NCBI GenBank assembly: GCA_950097015.1
Contig: CATNEN010000007.1
Location: 11,842,001-11,906,000, forward strand
Length of the DNA stretch: 64,000 bases
Source of the DNA: Macrostomum hystrix
Lineage: Eukaryota > Animalia > Platyhelminthes
Direction: 5' to 3'
Made by a program: the position numbers and the translations under genes. Below the pieces are notes generated by a model. That model had not been told where the DNA came from, made no database searches, and saw nothing but the letters and a program-made list of their open reading frames with translations. Numbering within the stretch: position 1 is the stretch's first letter; every line of letters starts with the position of its first letter. This document shows, piece after piece, positions 50,401 through 62,275 of this stretch.

Positions 50401-53400
50401 CTTTTGGTCCACGTGTAAAGCTTCGACAATGTATAGCCTTACTCATCATTCACCCTAATTCATGCTTCCAGGAGCTGCTCCGCGACGCCTACGACGAGCT
50501 GGACCGTCGAGACAGCAACCGGGTGTTGCGCGATCAGCTGGGCGGCGGCGCAGAGTCCTCAGGCAGCCTTGAGCTGCTCTTCCTGCCGCTCAACCCGCAC
50601 TACTCGGCCACGCGCAACCAGGGCCGGCAGAAGCTCGGGCGGCTAAGCAGCCGCGAATTCGGTGTGCTGCTGGCCGACGCTCTGGAGGAGGCGGCCAGAC
50701 GGAGCGGCGTGGCGCCCGACCTGTGCGCCCGACCTTCGTCGTCAACTGCGACAACGCCTGCCGCCGTTGCAGCTGCGGCACCGGAGCTGCCAGCGCGTGC
50801 GCCACCGGCAGTCGGCGGTCTGTCGCGCAGTCTGGACAACGGATTGGCTGACGATCCGGTGTACGACTTTGTGCCAGCCGACTCGGAGTACGCCAGCATC
50901 AATCCAAACAGGCAGAGACAGGTGAGCTGTTTGGACCAGACAGTTTAGGACAATTTGAAATGTTTTTATTATCGAAAGGCGTTAAATACTGACCTGAACA
51001 TCAGAGGAGGTCAAGATGCTTCTTACGGAAGGTATTTCAAATACCCACATTTTTCTGTATCTGCCAAAATATTTGACCAATCGCCATATCCAAATCCAAT
51101 GCACGGTAAAATTTTCCGCTGTATCCGATGGAAAATCACTTCCTGAATCACAAAACATCGGCATCGTCGGGATATTCAACGATTCTCGTCGGGGTTTCTG
51201 GTGACAAGAGCCAAAATCCGGGCTATTCCTTCTGCTCAAAAAATTTCAGGATGCAACCTTGCCGGCTATTATTTCTGACTATATTTTATTGATTTGTAGC
51301 TTGATTGAGGTTGTAGCCTAGTGGTTAGGGCGTCGGACTCACGACTTGAAGGTCGGGGGTTCGATTACCGACTCCACTGGACCAATTTGTGTCCTTTAGC
51401 AAGACACTTAACTTTGCATTGCTTCAGTTCACCCAGCTGTTAAATGGGTACCAGCAGTGTGGTGTCCCCCCCAGTCCATGGACTGAACAGCTGTACGCAG
51501 CCTTCAGATGCGCCGCGCATTAGTTGCGGCTGTGCTGTCGGCTGCACATCTGACCCAAGGGTGGCAGGTGAAATCAGTTATTATTTATTGATTAGATTGA
51601 TAACTAATATATATTTGAAGCAATAGGATAAGTTTATACAGAGCGAATGTTAGTTTTCCTTGTCACCAGGTCTTCGAAAAGAATCGCTGAATGTCTCGAC
51701 GATGCTGACTTCGGACGGCTTTAAAAGTTAGTTCATCGAAAAGGGCGCAAATTTTGATCCTTTTGACTTTCACGAAAATCCACCTGAGTCTTCTGGCTCT
51801 TTCCCCAGCGGGAAAAAATTGCGTAGTCGTTCTACTGTTAATGGGCACGTCGGTAAAGATTGAACTACAGATTTTCAAAGCTTCTATTACAAGGGCGGCG
51901 GATCTGAATCCGTTTATTTCCTAATCTAAGGCCACTGTAACAGCAACGCAGGGCTGATCGCCAGGTCTTTCATGAGTTCCTACTGTCTTGCACCCTGCAG
52001 GCTGCATCTTGTTCAGCTGCTCCTGACCGCGAGGATTTAGAACAGCCTCCACTGCCGCCTCCGCCACCGCCGTCAGCGCTGTTCCAGCCTGCTGCCGCGG
52101 AGGTCGCTTCGGACCCACTCAAAGCCGCTCTGGCAGCACTTTACGGAGCCACTTCGGAGGCTGTCGCCGAGTCGGCCGCCGCGGCCACCTCCGTGTCCAC
52201 CAAGAGCAGCCTCTGCCGAGTGTCCGACCTCAGCGAGTCCGCCGTCAGCGGCAATCATTTACCCGAGGCCAGCGGCGAGGTATTTAATTTTGCCATCGTG
52301 CCATGGCTACTGGCAAGTAGATGCAGTTGCGCAATGTCTAGCGTTACCTCACTTCCCCCAGGTGCCAGCCTCTCATGAAGACATCCTTCGGCTGAAGGCT
52401 TCCCACGATCGTTTGCTCATGGAAAACCAGACGCTGCGAATGCAGGTTGAGATGCTGCAAAAGCAGGTGAGACTTTGTAAGCTTATTGAGCAGATGCATT
52501 CCCGTCTGAGCTGAGCCGCTACTCACTTATTCACGTCACGCATTCGCCGCAGAACGCGGATCTTCTGGCCAAAATGCGCGACCCGGCAACGCCACCGCCA
52601 CCACAGCCAGCGCCGGCATCTTCGCCTCCGCTGCCTCCTCCCGCTCCCGCCTTTGTTGCAGCGACTAGCGCTCTGGCCTCAACCCGCCTCTCTTCGTCGG
52701 CTGTGCCAGCTCCGGTTTCGCGTGCCGCCTTTCAGCAGCAGCAGCAGCAACGACCGCACACGACTATTGGGCCGCAAATGGCTGTCCAGACGTCCTACTG
52801 GGAGCCGCCTCCACCCCCGCCTCCGCCGTTGCCTATATACGATGATCCCCTTTCAGTTGCCATGGCGGCTCTAAGCGTCAGCGTCGCCAACGGTGTCATT
52901 AACGATGCTAGCGAGTCCTCGGAGTCTCCGCCCCCACCTCCGCCCCCACCACCGCTGGAGGAAGCCGACTACGACCATCCGCCGCCTGACTCTGATGAAG
53001 AGGCCGAGTGCGACCGCTTGGTGCGGGAGATTATCGGCTCCAGCCTGGCCAAGCGCGATGCCGCCGCTGCCTTCACCGCCGGCGCCCCGCTAGCAGCCCC
53101 AGCCCCGAAGCGTCAGCCGCAAGCGCTCCCTCCGCTGCGCCAGCGCCCGCCTCAGAAATTGTTTCAGCCGCCCGTGTTGTCTCCGCGCCCGAGTCCTTCC
53201 CAGTCGAAGCCACAGCCGCATTCGCAGCCGCCCACACAGGAGGAGGTGTTAGCTCTGACGGACGCGGTGACCGCCCGCATCTACAAGCTGTTGGAGGCCG
53301 CCAGGCATGGCGATCACGAGTGCTTCCCGGAATGTGCCGCGGCCATTCGCAACTCGGTGCAGCACATGGCGACTGTCATTCCCAGGGTGAGCTGTAAACC

Positions 53401-54283
53401 TGCCCCATTGTCTGCACCAAGGTGTCACTGCTACCGTGCCGCCAAGCTGTCCTCTAATGTCCATCATGTCTCATGCAACGCCTAATATTCCTTCGAATTA
53501 TCTTGCCTTGAGTCCTAATTGTCCTTCTGATTCCCGCTAATGTCCCACTCGTCCCTCACTAATATCCCAATACTCCATCACTAATATCCCACTACTGCCT
53601 CACTAATTTCCCATCCACTACTCCCTCACTAATATCCCAATACTCCCTCACTAATATCCAACTACTCCCCACTAATACCCCACTACTGCCTCACTAATTT
53701 CCCATCCACTACTCTCTCACTAATATCCCAATACTCCCTCACTAATATCCCACTACTGCCTCACTAATTTCCCATCCACTACTCCCTCACTAATATCCCA
53801 ATACTCCCTCACTAATATCCCAATACTCCCTCACTAATATCCCAATACTCCCTCACTAATATCCAACTACTCCCCACTAATATCCCACTACTCCCTCAGT
53901 AATATCCCACTACTCCCTCAGTAATATCCCACTCTCAGAGTCTCTCAGATTGCTATTTACTAATATCCCACTAGTCCCTCAAATTGAAATTTTATAAATA
54001 TCCCAGTGTACCTCTAATGCCATTTCCTCGTGTCGCTCTAGTCTCTCAATGTCCCACAAGTGTGACAAGTCTGCAGACTCGGGTATTTTCCTGGCCGCCT
54101 TCTCAGGTGCGGCCGGATCAGGCCAAGGCAGTTGACGCGCTGATGTCAGCGGCAGACACCCTGGACCACGAGTGCCGTGCACGGGCCAGCACGACGGACC
54201 TGAACAGGAGCACCCAGCGGGTCATCCAGTGCTGCTTCGACATAGCCAAGGCGGCCAAGTCGCTGGTGTCTCTGTTCCAGTAG
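47464..54283 (+). CDS. GIT: GIT-family ArfGAP (ArfGAP, ankyrin repeats, Spa2-homology, coiled coil, paxillin-binding/FAT)
   Basis: Exons approximately 47464-47527, 49309-49442, 49528-49640, 49768-50317, 50472-50921, 52001-52279, 52362-52466, 52552-53386 and 54107-54283. Motifs CADC...WASLN..VLLCNDCSSVHRSLGRHIS, ELLRDAYDELDRRD, LPLNPHYSATRNQGRQKL and QRVIQCCFDIAKAAKSLV. Confidence 0.93.
48061..48483. mobile_element. MITE in GIT intron 1
   Basis: About 35-40-bp imperfect TIRs (CCTAGACACTTCATCATCTTACAACTTCGTCATC and its complement at 48446-48479), TA at both flanks, internal TTCGTCATC repeats. Confidence 0.8.
51157..51841. mobile_element. Relic TIR element of the 14433 family, interrupted by a SINE
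   Basis: About 50-bp inverted pair (51157-51210 and 51658-51710) and right terminus GTTCTACTG-TTAA at about 51829-51841. Confidence 0.55.
51308..51575 (+). mobile_element. tRNA-derived SINE (CORE-like family), copy 3
   Basis: A and B boxes followed by TTGTGTCCTTTAGCAAGACACTTAACTTTGCATTGCTTCAGTTCACCCAGCTGTTAAATGGG, which resembles the MIR CORE domain. Confidence 0.9.
53550..53975. repeat. ~20-24-bp minisatellite in the last GIT intron
   Basis: CACTAATATCCCAATACTCCCT-like units. Confidence 0.93.
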
Positions 54284-55086
54284 GCTGCAGTATTCAGCTC
54301 TTCCCTGGGACACGATCATTCACTCTGGCACTGCTGGCAGGGGTGCAGGGACCCTCCGAATTGTTTTATTCACTGATTTTTTTATTGAATCTTTTTTCTA
54401 CGCCCGAGTGTATATAGGGGCTTTTTACTTATCTGCCGGCTCACGGCAGCGCAGACTGCCCGCCTGCTTCCTGTAAACACTCGCTGTCTCCAGCTTTTCT
54501 ATCATTTTGCTGGGCCGCACCGTTGCTGCTCTGTTTTTTACAATTTTATTCCCACGGCATCCGCATCCCATCTCAGTCTCCTGATTTATCTTTTGACGGG
54601 GCTGCGTCCACCGGCGGGGATCATCGTCAGAAGCACTTTTTTGAGGATTATTCTTGAGAAATACACTGCTTACCGCTCTGTAGTATTTATATATTTATAA
54701 ATTAGCATTATCTACGTGCATATAAGGCGTCTGTATATAACTTGTTTGCTTGCCGTGCTAATCAACTAATAACCACTGCCTAAGCATGCTTATTATTGTT
54801 AATAAAGTTAATAATTGGTAATAAATTGTCAACGCGTGTGCCCAGGCCTGGTCACCATAAGGCGGTACCAGCTTTTTATCCTTTTTCTCTGCTTGACATA
54901 TTTGTTCCGCTGTTATTCTCCGAGGTTCTGAATAAGTGGCCTGAGTTCCTGGCCAAAAACAAAGGCAGCCAACGCTGCTGTTTTTATCACCTGCGAAATT
55001 CTACATTGCCATGTCCGACTTTCTTTGCTTTATTTTCACCTGTGCTACTTATAAAATGTTATCAGTAGTGTATAGTGTATGTAAAA

Positions 55087-56467
55087 ATGGTAAAAGATAT
55101 AGAATCTGTAACAATAAACTGAATAGTTTTTATCTACGAGCACATACTTTGTCAATCTGTACATGAGACACTCCACTACAGTTCTTATACACGAATTTGC
55201 GCCTTTCCAGTCCTCGAACAACGGCTTTGGGTCTTTTAACGACCGTCAACGGGGCGGCGGCGGCCGAGGCCGAGGCGGTGGTTGGCTGTTGTTTAGGGAT
55301 GGCGGCGGTGCCCGCGGAGCCGCGACGGGCTCGAACGGCTGGTCGCAGCTGCCGAGGAACAACAGAGGCCGCGTGGCGAGCGGACCTGGCGCAGACGGCT
55401 GGTGGGGGCCCAGAGACAGTGAAAGTCGCGGGTCGAACACGACTTCAAGCAGAGTCGCTGCGGATAGGGCAGACCTCGCGTACAACGGTGACATCGGTTC
55501 TCATGTGTTCTACAGCAGGCGCAGAGGTCGCGGCGGCTTTGGAAGAGGCGGTGCCAGTCGCGAAGCTGAGCAACCGGGCGCCCACAGGACAATCGGTGAC
55601 AGGCAGCAGCAGGGAGGGTCCGTTCCGCTGATGACGCTTCGTCCGCCAACGCCTCCTGCCACCTCAATGACCAGTCGGGGCAGGGGCGGCGGAGGTGTTG
55701 TCCGAGGCGGCCAGGGCGACGGCGGTGACGGCGGCGATGGCCGGCGCGGTAGGAGGCGCAGACGTCGACGCGGCCGTGGTGATTGGGGCGGTGGCGACCT
55801 CAGAGGCTTTGATCGGAGCTACTCGCCGTCCCAGGACTCGGTTGACTGGTCTGACCTGAACGAGGGCGACATGCTCCAGATGCACTTCTTCATTGACCGC
55901 TTCATCAGCTTCTGGGATAACTACGAGGATGACGATGTCGTGGCTGGTGTGGCCGATGTTGTGCTGCACATTCTGGACCAGGACAATGACCTTGCGGATG
56001 ACTTTGAAAACGAGATGGAAGAGGAGGAGCTGGAGGAACGATACAGCAGCGTCAACACCGAGGAAGCGGTCGGCTTTCCCGTGCCGAGAGGCCCCCGTGA
56101 CGCGCGCCGGCCGCCGTCGACAACCGCGCCCGTTTCAGCTGCGAAAGCCGAAGCTCCGAAAGCCGAAGCTCCAGCTCGATCCCCTTCCGCAGCTGCCGCC
56201 GCTGCAGCCGCCGCTACCAGTGTCACCACCAACAGCCACCAGCCGCTGAACTTGCCCAGCTGCCCCGTGTGCCTGGACACCATGGAGTCATTCTCGACCA
56301 GCAAGAAGCACCTGATGGCCACCTTCTGCGGCCATCTGTTCTGCTCGCACTGCATCAACCGGGTGGAACAGCAGGCCCGCGCCCAGGGCCGGCTCAGCTT
56401 CCCGTGCCCCGTATGCCAGACCAGCCTGCGGCCCGGCGCCAGCCACCACTCCATCTTCTGGAGCTGA
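55087..56467 (+). CDS. RING-HC E3 ligase with an RNF4/Degringolade-like C-terminus and an RGG-rich N-terminus
   Basis: Inferred micro-exon ATG|GT at 55087-55089, acceptor TTTCCAG at 55210, exon 55211-56467. Terminal C3HC4 RING CPVC...ATFCGHLFCSHC...CPVC...HHSIFWS*, similar to RNF4 (STECGHVFCSQC...YHPIYI). Confidence 0.8.
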
Positions 56468-57009
56468 GTCTGATCTTCTACCTGATGCCTTTCCCTGATG
56501 ATGGAGTCGCATTTCCGTGTCCCAGAGTGAGTGAAGCTTCAGGCGTTGATCAAGACCTTGGTCAGCCTTTCTAAACCCTTGCCGGTTTTTGTGTTTCTTT
56601 CTATTTATGAAAGACAATATTTTCAGTCGATAAGTGCTCTCACTTTTTCAACCCCTGGCTCTGGTGCTTCTATTTTTGCCTCCAAACTTGCTTCCTATTT
56701 TGTTCGCGTCAGAATTTTAGATTCCCACCACTGAGCAATAGGCGCAGCTTGTTCGTGCACTTTAGAAGGCTGTGCAAGGCTGCCGCATTTTCCATTTTTT
56801 TAATAAGTACTGACAGCTGCAGAAGAAGTTGGTTTGCTTATAAAAATAAACATTAGCCGATCTAATCTGAAGCCAGCCGCAGTCAGCTCGATATGATTAT
56901 TTGCCAGCGCATATTTTTGTTTTAACCATTGACGATTTGATGTCATTAGTAACCGGTGTTTTTTATTCTCAACAACTAATAACTTAAAAAAACAGCTGGG
57001 AAAATAGCT

Positions 57010-58560
57010 CCCTAGTACCTAAACCTCCCTAATACCTGAGCCTCCCTAACACCTGAACCTCCCTAATACCTGAGCCTCCCTAAAACCTGAACCTCCCTAA
57101 TACCTGAGCCTCCCTAATACCTGAGCCTCCCTAACACCTGAACCTCCCTAATACCTGAGCCTCCCTAACACCTGAACCTCCCTAATACCTGAGCCTCCCT
57201 AACACCTGAACCTCCCTAATACCTGAGCCTCCCTAACACCTGAACCTCCCTAATACCTGAGCCTCCCTAACACCTGAACCTCCCTAATACCTGAACCTCC
57301 CTAACACCTGAACCTCCCTAATACCTGAGTCTCCCTTATTCCTGAACCTCCCTAATACCTGAGTCTCCCTTATTCCTGAACCTCCCTAATACCTGAGCCT
57401 CCCTAATTCCTGAACCTCCCTAATACCTGAGCCTCCCTAATTCCTAAACCTCCCTAATACCTGAGCCTCCCTTATTCCTAAACCTCCCTAATACCTGAGC
57501 CTCCCTAACACCTGAACCTCCCTAATACCTGAGCCTCCCTAACACCTGAACCTCCCTAATACCTGAGCCTCCCTAACACCTGAACCTCCCTAATACCTGA
57601 ACCTCCCTAACACCTGAACCTCCCTAATACCTGAGTCTCCCTTATTCCTGAACCTCCCTAATACCTGAGTCTCCCTTATTCCTGAACCTCCCTAATACCT
57701 GAGCCTCCCTAATTCCTGAACCTCCCTAATACCTGAGCCTCCCTAATTCCTAAACCTCCCTAATACCTGAGTCTCCCTTATTCCTAAACCTCCCTAATAC
57801 CTGAACCTCCCTAACACCTGAACCTCCCTAACACCTGAACCTCCCTAATACCTGAGCCTCCCTAATTCCTAAACCTCCCTAATACCTGAGCCTCCCTAAT
57901 TCCTAAACCTCCCTAATACCTAAGCCTCCCTAATACCTGAACCTCCCTCCCTAATGCCTGAGCCTCCCTCCCTAATAACTGAGCCTCCCTCCCTAATACC
58001 TGAGCCTCCCTCCCTAATACCTGAGCCTCCCTCCCTAATAACTGAGCCTCCCTCCCTAATACCTGAGCCTCCCTCCCTAATGCCTGAGCCTCCCTCCCTA
58101 ATAACTGAGCCTCCGTCCCTAATACCTGAGCCTCCCTCCCTAATACCTGAGCCTCCCTCCCTAATACCTGAGCCTCCCTCCCTAATAACTGAGCCTCCCT
58201 CCCTAATGCCTGAGCCTCCCTCCCTAATACCTGAGCCTCTCTCCCTAATACCTGAGCCTCCCTCCCTAATAACTGAGCCTCCCTCCCTAATGCCTGAGCC
58301 TCCCTCCCTAATACCTGAGCCTCCCTCCCTAATACCTGAGCCTCCCTCCCTAATACCTGAGCCTCCCTCCCTAATGCCTGAGCCTCCCTCCCTAATACCT
58401 GAGCCTCCCTCCCTAATACCTGAGCCTCCCTCCCTAATACCTGAGCCTCCCTCCCTAATACCTGAGCCTCCCTCCCTAATACCTGAGCCTCCCTCCCTAA
58501 TGCCTGAGCCTCCATCCCTAATAACTGAGCCTCCCTCCCTAATACCTGAGCCTCCCTCCC
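57010..58560. repeat. Compound 17-bp then 21-bp minisatellite
   Basis: CCTAATACCTGAGCCTC array to about 57940, then CCTAATACCTGAGCCTCCCTC array. Confidence 0.98.
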
Positions 58561-59034
58561 ACTTCATTCTTCTCTCCTTAGTGTCCATCGTTCACGCCTT
58601 GTTTTACAGATAAACCCACCAAGCCAAGATTCGTGAAGACTCACGAGGTTTAAATACATTTTTCGATTTTTTATATTACGCGTCAGTCAAATTAATCATT
58701 TTGTCTGGCATCTGGGTTCGCTTCCGGGGCATGTGTGAAATCCCACGGAACCGGCTGAGGATCCTCTGCAATTCAAAACGCAAGCTCCCAATGCCGTCCC
58801 CCTAGAGGACTGCAGACGCACTTTACCGCCTTCTCCCTGGGCTTAGGGCGCCCGCAACAGGCAAAGCGGACGGACTGGGAGGAATCGGAATGCAGTTTGT
58901 GGCGGAGGCGCCTGAGCGCTGAGGAGGGGGCGCCGGCCGGCAAAAATCGATTCGGTCTCCGCGGTGGAGAGCCAGGCGGGTGAGACAAAACGAAGGCTCG
59001 CAATCAAGGCGAAGGTCCTGGCCCTCTCCGGTCA

Positions 59035-59622
59035 TGACTCATTTCCCCGAAACAGATCCGCCAAGTGCAGGGCCGAAATGTGCATAGGTGGGCCCGCGGC
59101 ACCAGCCGCCGCTAGAGGCATTGTGTGCTACTGACTCCATTGCGGTGCCTAGCTATTGGAAATACGGAGCTTAAAGCTGTACAGGAAGCTCGCATGCTCC
59201 TAACCCAATTTTCTGCAGGAGAAAAACAAAACTGTGCAGTCAGGCGAGAGCCTAGTGCTGAGATGAAGGGCCGAGCCTCCATTGCTCATTTCTTCGGGAC
59301 GAAATAAAAGGAGATGGGATGAGTTTTCCTCTTCGCAAAGGATAAAAACTCCTCGCGGATGCGGAGGGGACGATGGGGACTGGGAAGCGAAAGTAATTTA
59401 GATAAGGCAGGGAACTAATTTCGCACGACCGGGGCTTGGGCGGCCACTCACTTCACTACGGCTGACCAAAGTCGAACCCCGACCCCTCAGACTCAGAGGG
59501 TCCAGTTTTAAGGGCAAACTTCTTTTAGACTCTTAGTCTCACCAGGATCACGCGGACAGTGAGTCATTGCTGTGAGACAGTGATAGTGTGAGTCACGCCT
59601 CAAAATAAATGCACTTGACTCA
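59035..59622. promoter_or_regulatory. AP-1 (TGASTCA) motif cluster, candidate enhancer
   Basis: Perfect sites at 59035, 59560, 59589 and 59616. Confidence 0.5.
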
Positions 59623-59852
59623 CCGCAGAGATTTGCGTTGGATTAAAAAAATTGAGAATGAGGAGTAATTTCTGGAGACAAATCCGAGACTTGTCTTCGT
59701 AGACCATCTAGCTGTAGAAATAAGCCCCGACGATTTCCTGGATTTGTCGGTGACTCGGTATATTCCTCAACTGACTGCGCCTCCTCTGAATGCTCCTTGA
59801 TTTTCATTTCCTCTCGGCATGAGCATCGGATTAAAACTCACGCGCGCTTTAA

Positions 59853-60140
59853 CAGTAGGACTACCGAGCCCTGTTGCCGCGCTTTTTTACCAAGCAAGAG
59901 GGGAATTTCTCCCCGATTTTGCTGCACCCCAACGGAGCAACGCAACACCAGCCCTTCAGACCGTCGAGATATTCAACGGTTCTGGCCGAATGTCTAGCGA
60001 CTTGATTATTGTTTCAGAAGATGCGCAACAAAAGTTGGCCTGTGTTCTACAGTTTCGTGTGCTTGCGTTGCTCCTTTCGAGTGCAGCAAAAAGAATTGTG
60101 TCAGGGGGTCGGCATTCCCCACCACTTAGTAGTTCTACTG
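59853..60140. mobile_element. Shorter member of the 14433 MITE-like family
   Basis: Termini CAGTAGGACTACC and TAGTAGTTCTACTG; shares CTTCAGACCGTCGAGATATTCAA and TTTCAGAAGATGCGCAACAAAA modules with 14433-14975. Confidence 0.75.
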
Positions 60141-61864
60141 TTTTCTGCCAATTTTCAACTGATTGGGCGTGTTCCAGTTGCATTTTAGAACATCTTGTGC
60201 TAGCTCCAATCGAAGACAGCGAGGCTTCACCCACCACTGGAGCCAATCCGAAAGCCTTAAGAAATCTTCAAGCTACAGGCCGTGCAAACACAGCAGCTCG
60301 TGTGTTTTGTTTAAACGGATCGTTTATTCATAAACGGCTCACGGTTAGCAAACTAAGATTTCTTGGTTGCATAAAAGTCAGGTGCAGGGCAATGAACCTT
60401 GTAAATTCAGAGCACGACTTAAGCATATTCGGAGCTGAGTGAGAGCATCCGGTTGCAGCGCAGATGCAAGCAGCTTACGGCATGGCGGCAGTACATGCGC
60501 AGAAGTTTGCAATAACGCTTCACCATTATTCCGAGTTAGTTTTTGCATTTAGCCACTTAAAATTCAACAGCAGTTTTTACCTAATTAGCGGCTCCAGTTA
60601 ACAAGGAAAGTGTTGCGAACACAATTAAAAACTTGTTCTACCCAGTGAAGAACTGATACATTGAGAATAACAAATGCTCAGGTTTTTCAAAGATCTCCAG
60701 GCTCAAATTGCACTCGACCGTCATTGGGAGTTTCGGGGGCGGGGGCAAAAAGCTGCTTGATGGTTTATTTATATATTGACTAAAAATTGAAGAAATTTCA
60801 CTAGGAAGCGATTGATAAGCTGATAAACTGTTGCAACACTGGAGCATAAACAGCTCGGACTAGGAGCAGATCGAGGGAAAAGCAAACAGGCTGAGAAAAT
60901 CAATTGTACATAGTATAAATGTGCATCAAATTATTGTAAATCATTGCATCAAAAAGACAGCTACATTAAACAGCAAAATTTCGATTCGCAGGTGGCGGCA
61001 GCAGGACGAGGGAAAGCAATAAACGGCGGCATCTCAGACAGGTTTTAGCTTGCAACAATCCCACGGCATTGAAACCCCAGCTAATGAGCTTGGACACAAG
61101 ATTGATGAGGTCGCTGGGGACACTCAACGCTGCGGGTAGCGGTCCTACTTAGCACCTGGCAAATGTTGCTATGCACACCTCATTCGAGTTTACTGTCAGA
61201 GTCAGCGGCCGCACCGCAAGATAGACTGAGACGACAGCTGCGCTCAGAATCAGAGCTGGCCACTAAAAATAGAAGCACAATTGATGCTTGAGGCAGCTAC
61301 CAAAAATAGGCACATTCTTGCTACTGCAGCAACAAGGAGGCGCTGACTCTTGCCGAGGCCAAATGAGGTCAGTCGGACAGCCGTGCAGCCTTTTGTAATC
61401 GTCAATTAAACGAATCCCATTTGAAGCGGGTTCTTGTACCGCACTTCTGAATATCGCTACGGTGGCGAAGAAATCTGATGATAAAAGCGGACCATGCCAA
61501 AACATGCGGCTAAAGGCAAAAGAAAATTAATCTGCTTTAATGATTGCCTAATTGAAACAAGGAGATAATTAACAAACAATCGCTCATGTAGGTTGCCGTG
61601 CCAAACGGCCACGGTGGGTGCCTGTGAGCGTGGAAACAGGGCCGAAGGGGACTACACCAGGCGGACGCAGAAGGCAAGACAGAGTTCTCAGGAGGGACTC
61701 TCGCGCTGTGGACCTCAGAGGGAGTGCAGGGCGTGATAAAGCGAAAGCAACGGCGGGCGGTTTGAAGCAGTCCACTCAGCGGCTTCATCCTCGCTAATCC
61801 ACCGCCGACCAGCCTTGCTAGTTTGGCGCCAATTCAAATTCACAATATAGGCTCAAGCGGCCAG

Positions 61865-62275
61865 CTACATCAGAAGGCAGCAGCCGCGGCCTTTCCCGCT
61901 GCCGCCCACGCTACCCAGTTCGACCTTTTCCGCTCGTTCTGGCCGGCTGAGCGCCATCGCCACCTCGCCTTCAGTGGCCGTCGTCAAACCGTGCCTGTTA
62001 AAACCGTCGCCGCCGCCGCCACCAGCTTCGACAGTTGGCGCCACGACCAACCGGACCGTGTCCTCGAGAACACGCGGTGAAGTCTGGCCCTCCTTGCCGT
62101 TGCTGGCAGTCGGCGCAGCGGGAGAGGGAGAGGCGGCGGTTGCAGCTGACGGCGAGGCCTGGGCGCTGTGAGCGACGAAGCCCGCAGCCTCCTGGTCCAG
62201 CTGGCCGCCTGGCCTGAACGGATTGTCGCGGTCAGCGTCTTCTTCGTCCACTCGAGTCAGCCTGGTGGCCGTCAT
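61865..62275 (-). CDS. Small (136 aa or more) NPF-motif protein with C-terminal CCaaX lipidation signal
   Basis: Acceptor TTTCAG at 62296 and ATG at 62275. DNPFRPGGQLDQEA near the N-terminus; ends GKGRGCCLLM*. GC-rich exon-like composition. Upstream coding exons are possible. Confidence 0.7.
   Translation of the reverse strand: MTATRLTRVDEEDADRDNPFRPGGQLDQEAAGFVAHSAQASPSAATAASPSPAAPTASNGKEGQTSPRVLEDTVRLVVAPTVEAGGGGGDGFNRHGLTTATEGEVAMALSRPERAEKVELGSVGGSGKGRGCCLLM

Noticed and set aside
57913-58613. GREAQVL / REGGSGI / PEPPSLI repeat ORFs
   Set aside because: They arise from the 21-bp array, with no unique coding flanks.
58700-59120. GC-rich stretch as RNase P/MRP, SRP or telomerase RNA
   Set aside because: I found no conserved-region signatures or convincing template by eye; an Rfam scan would be needed.
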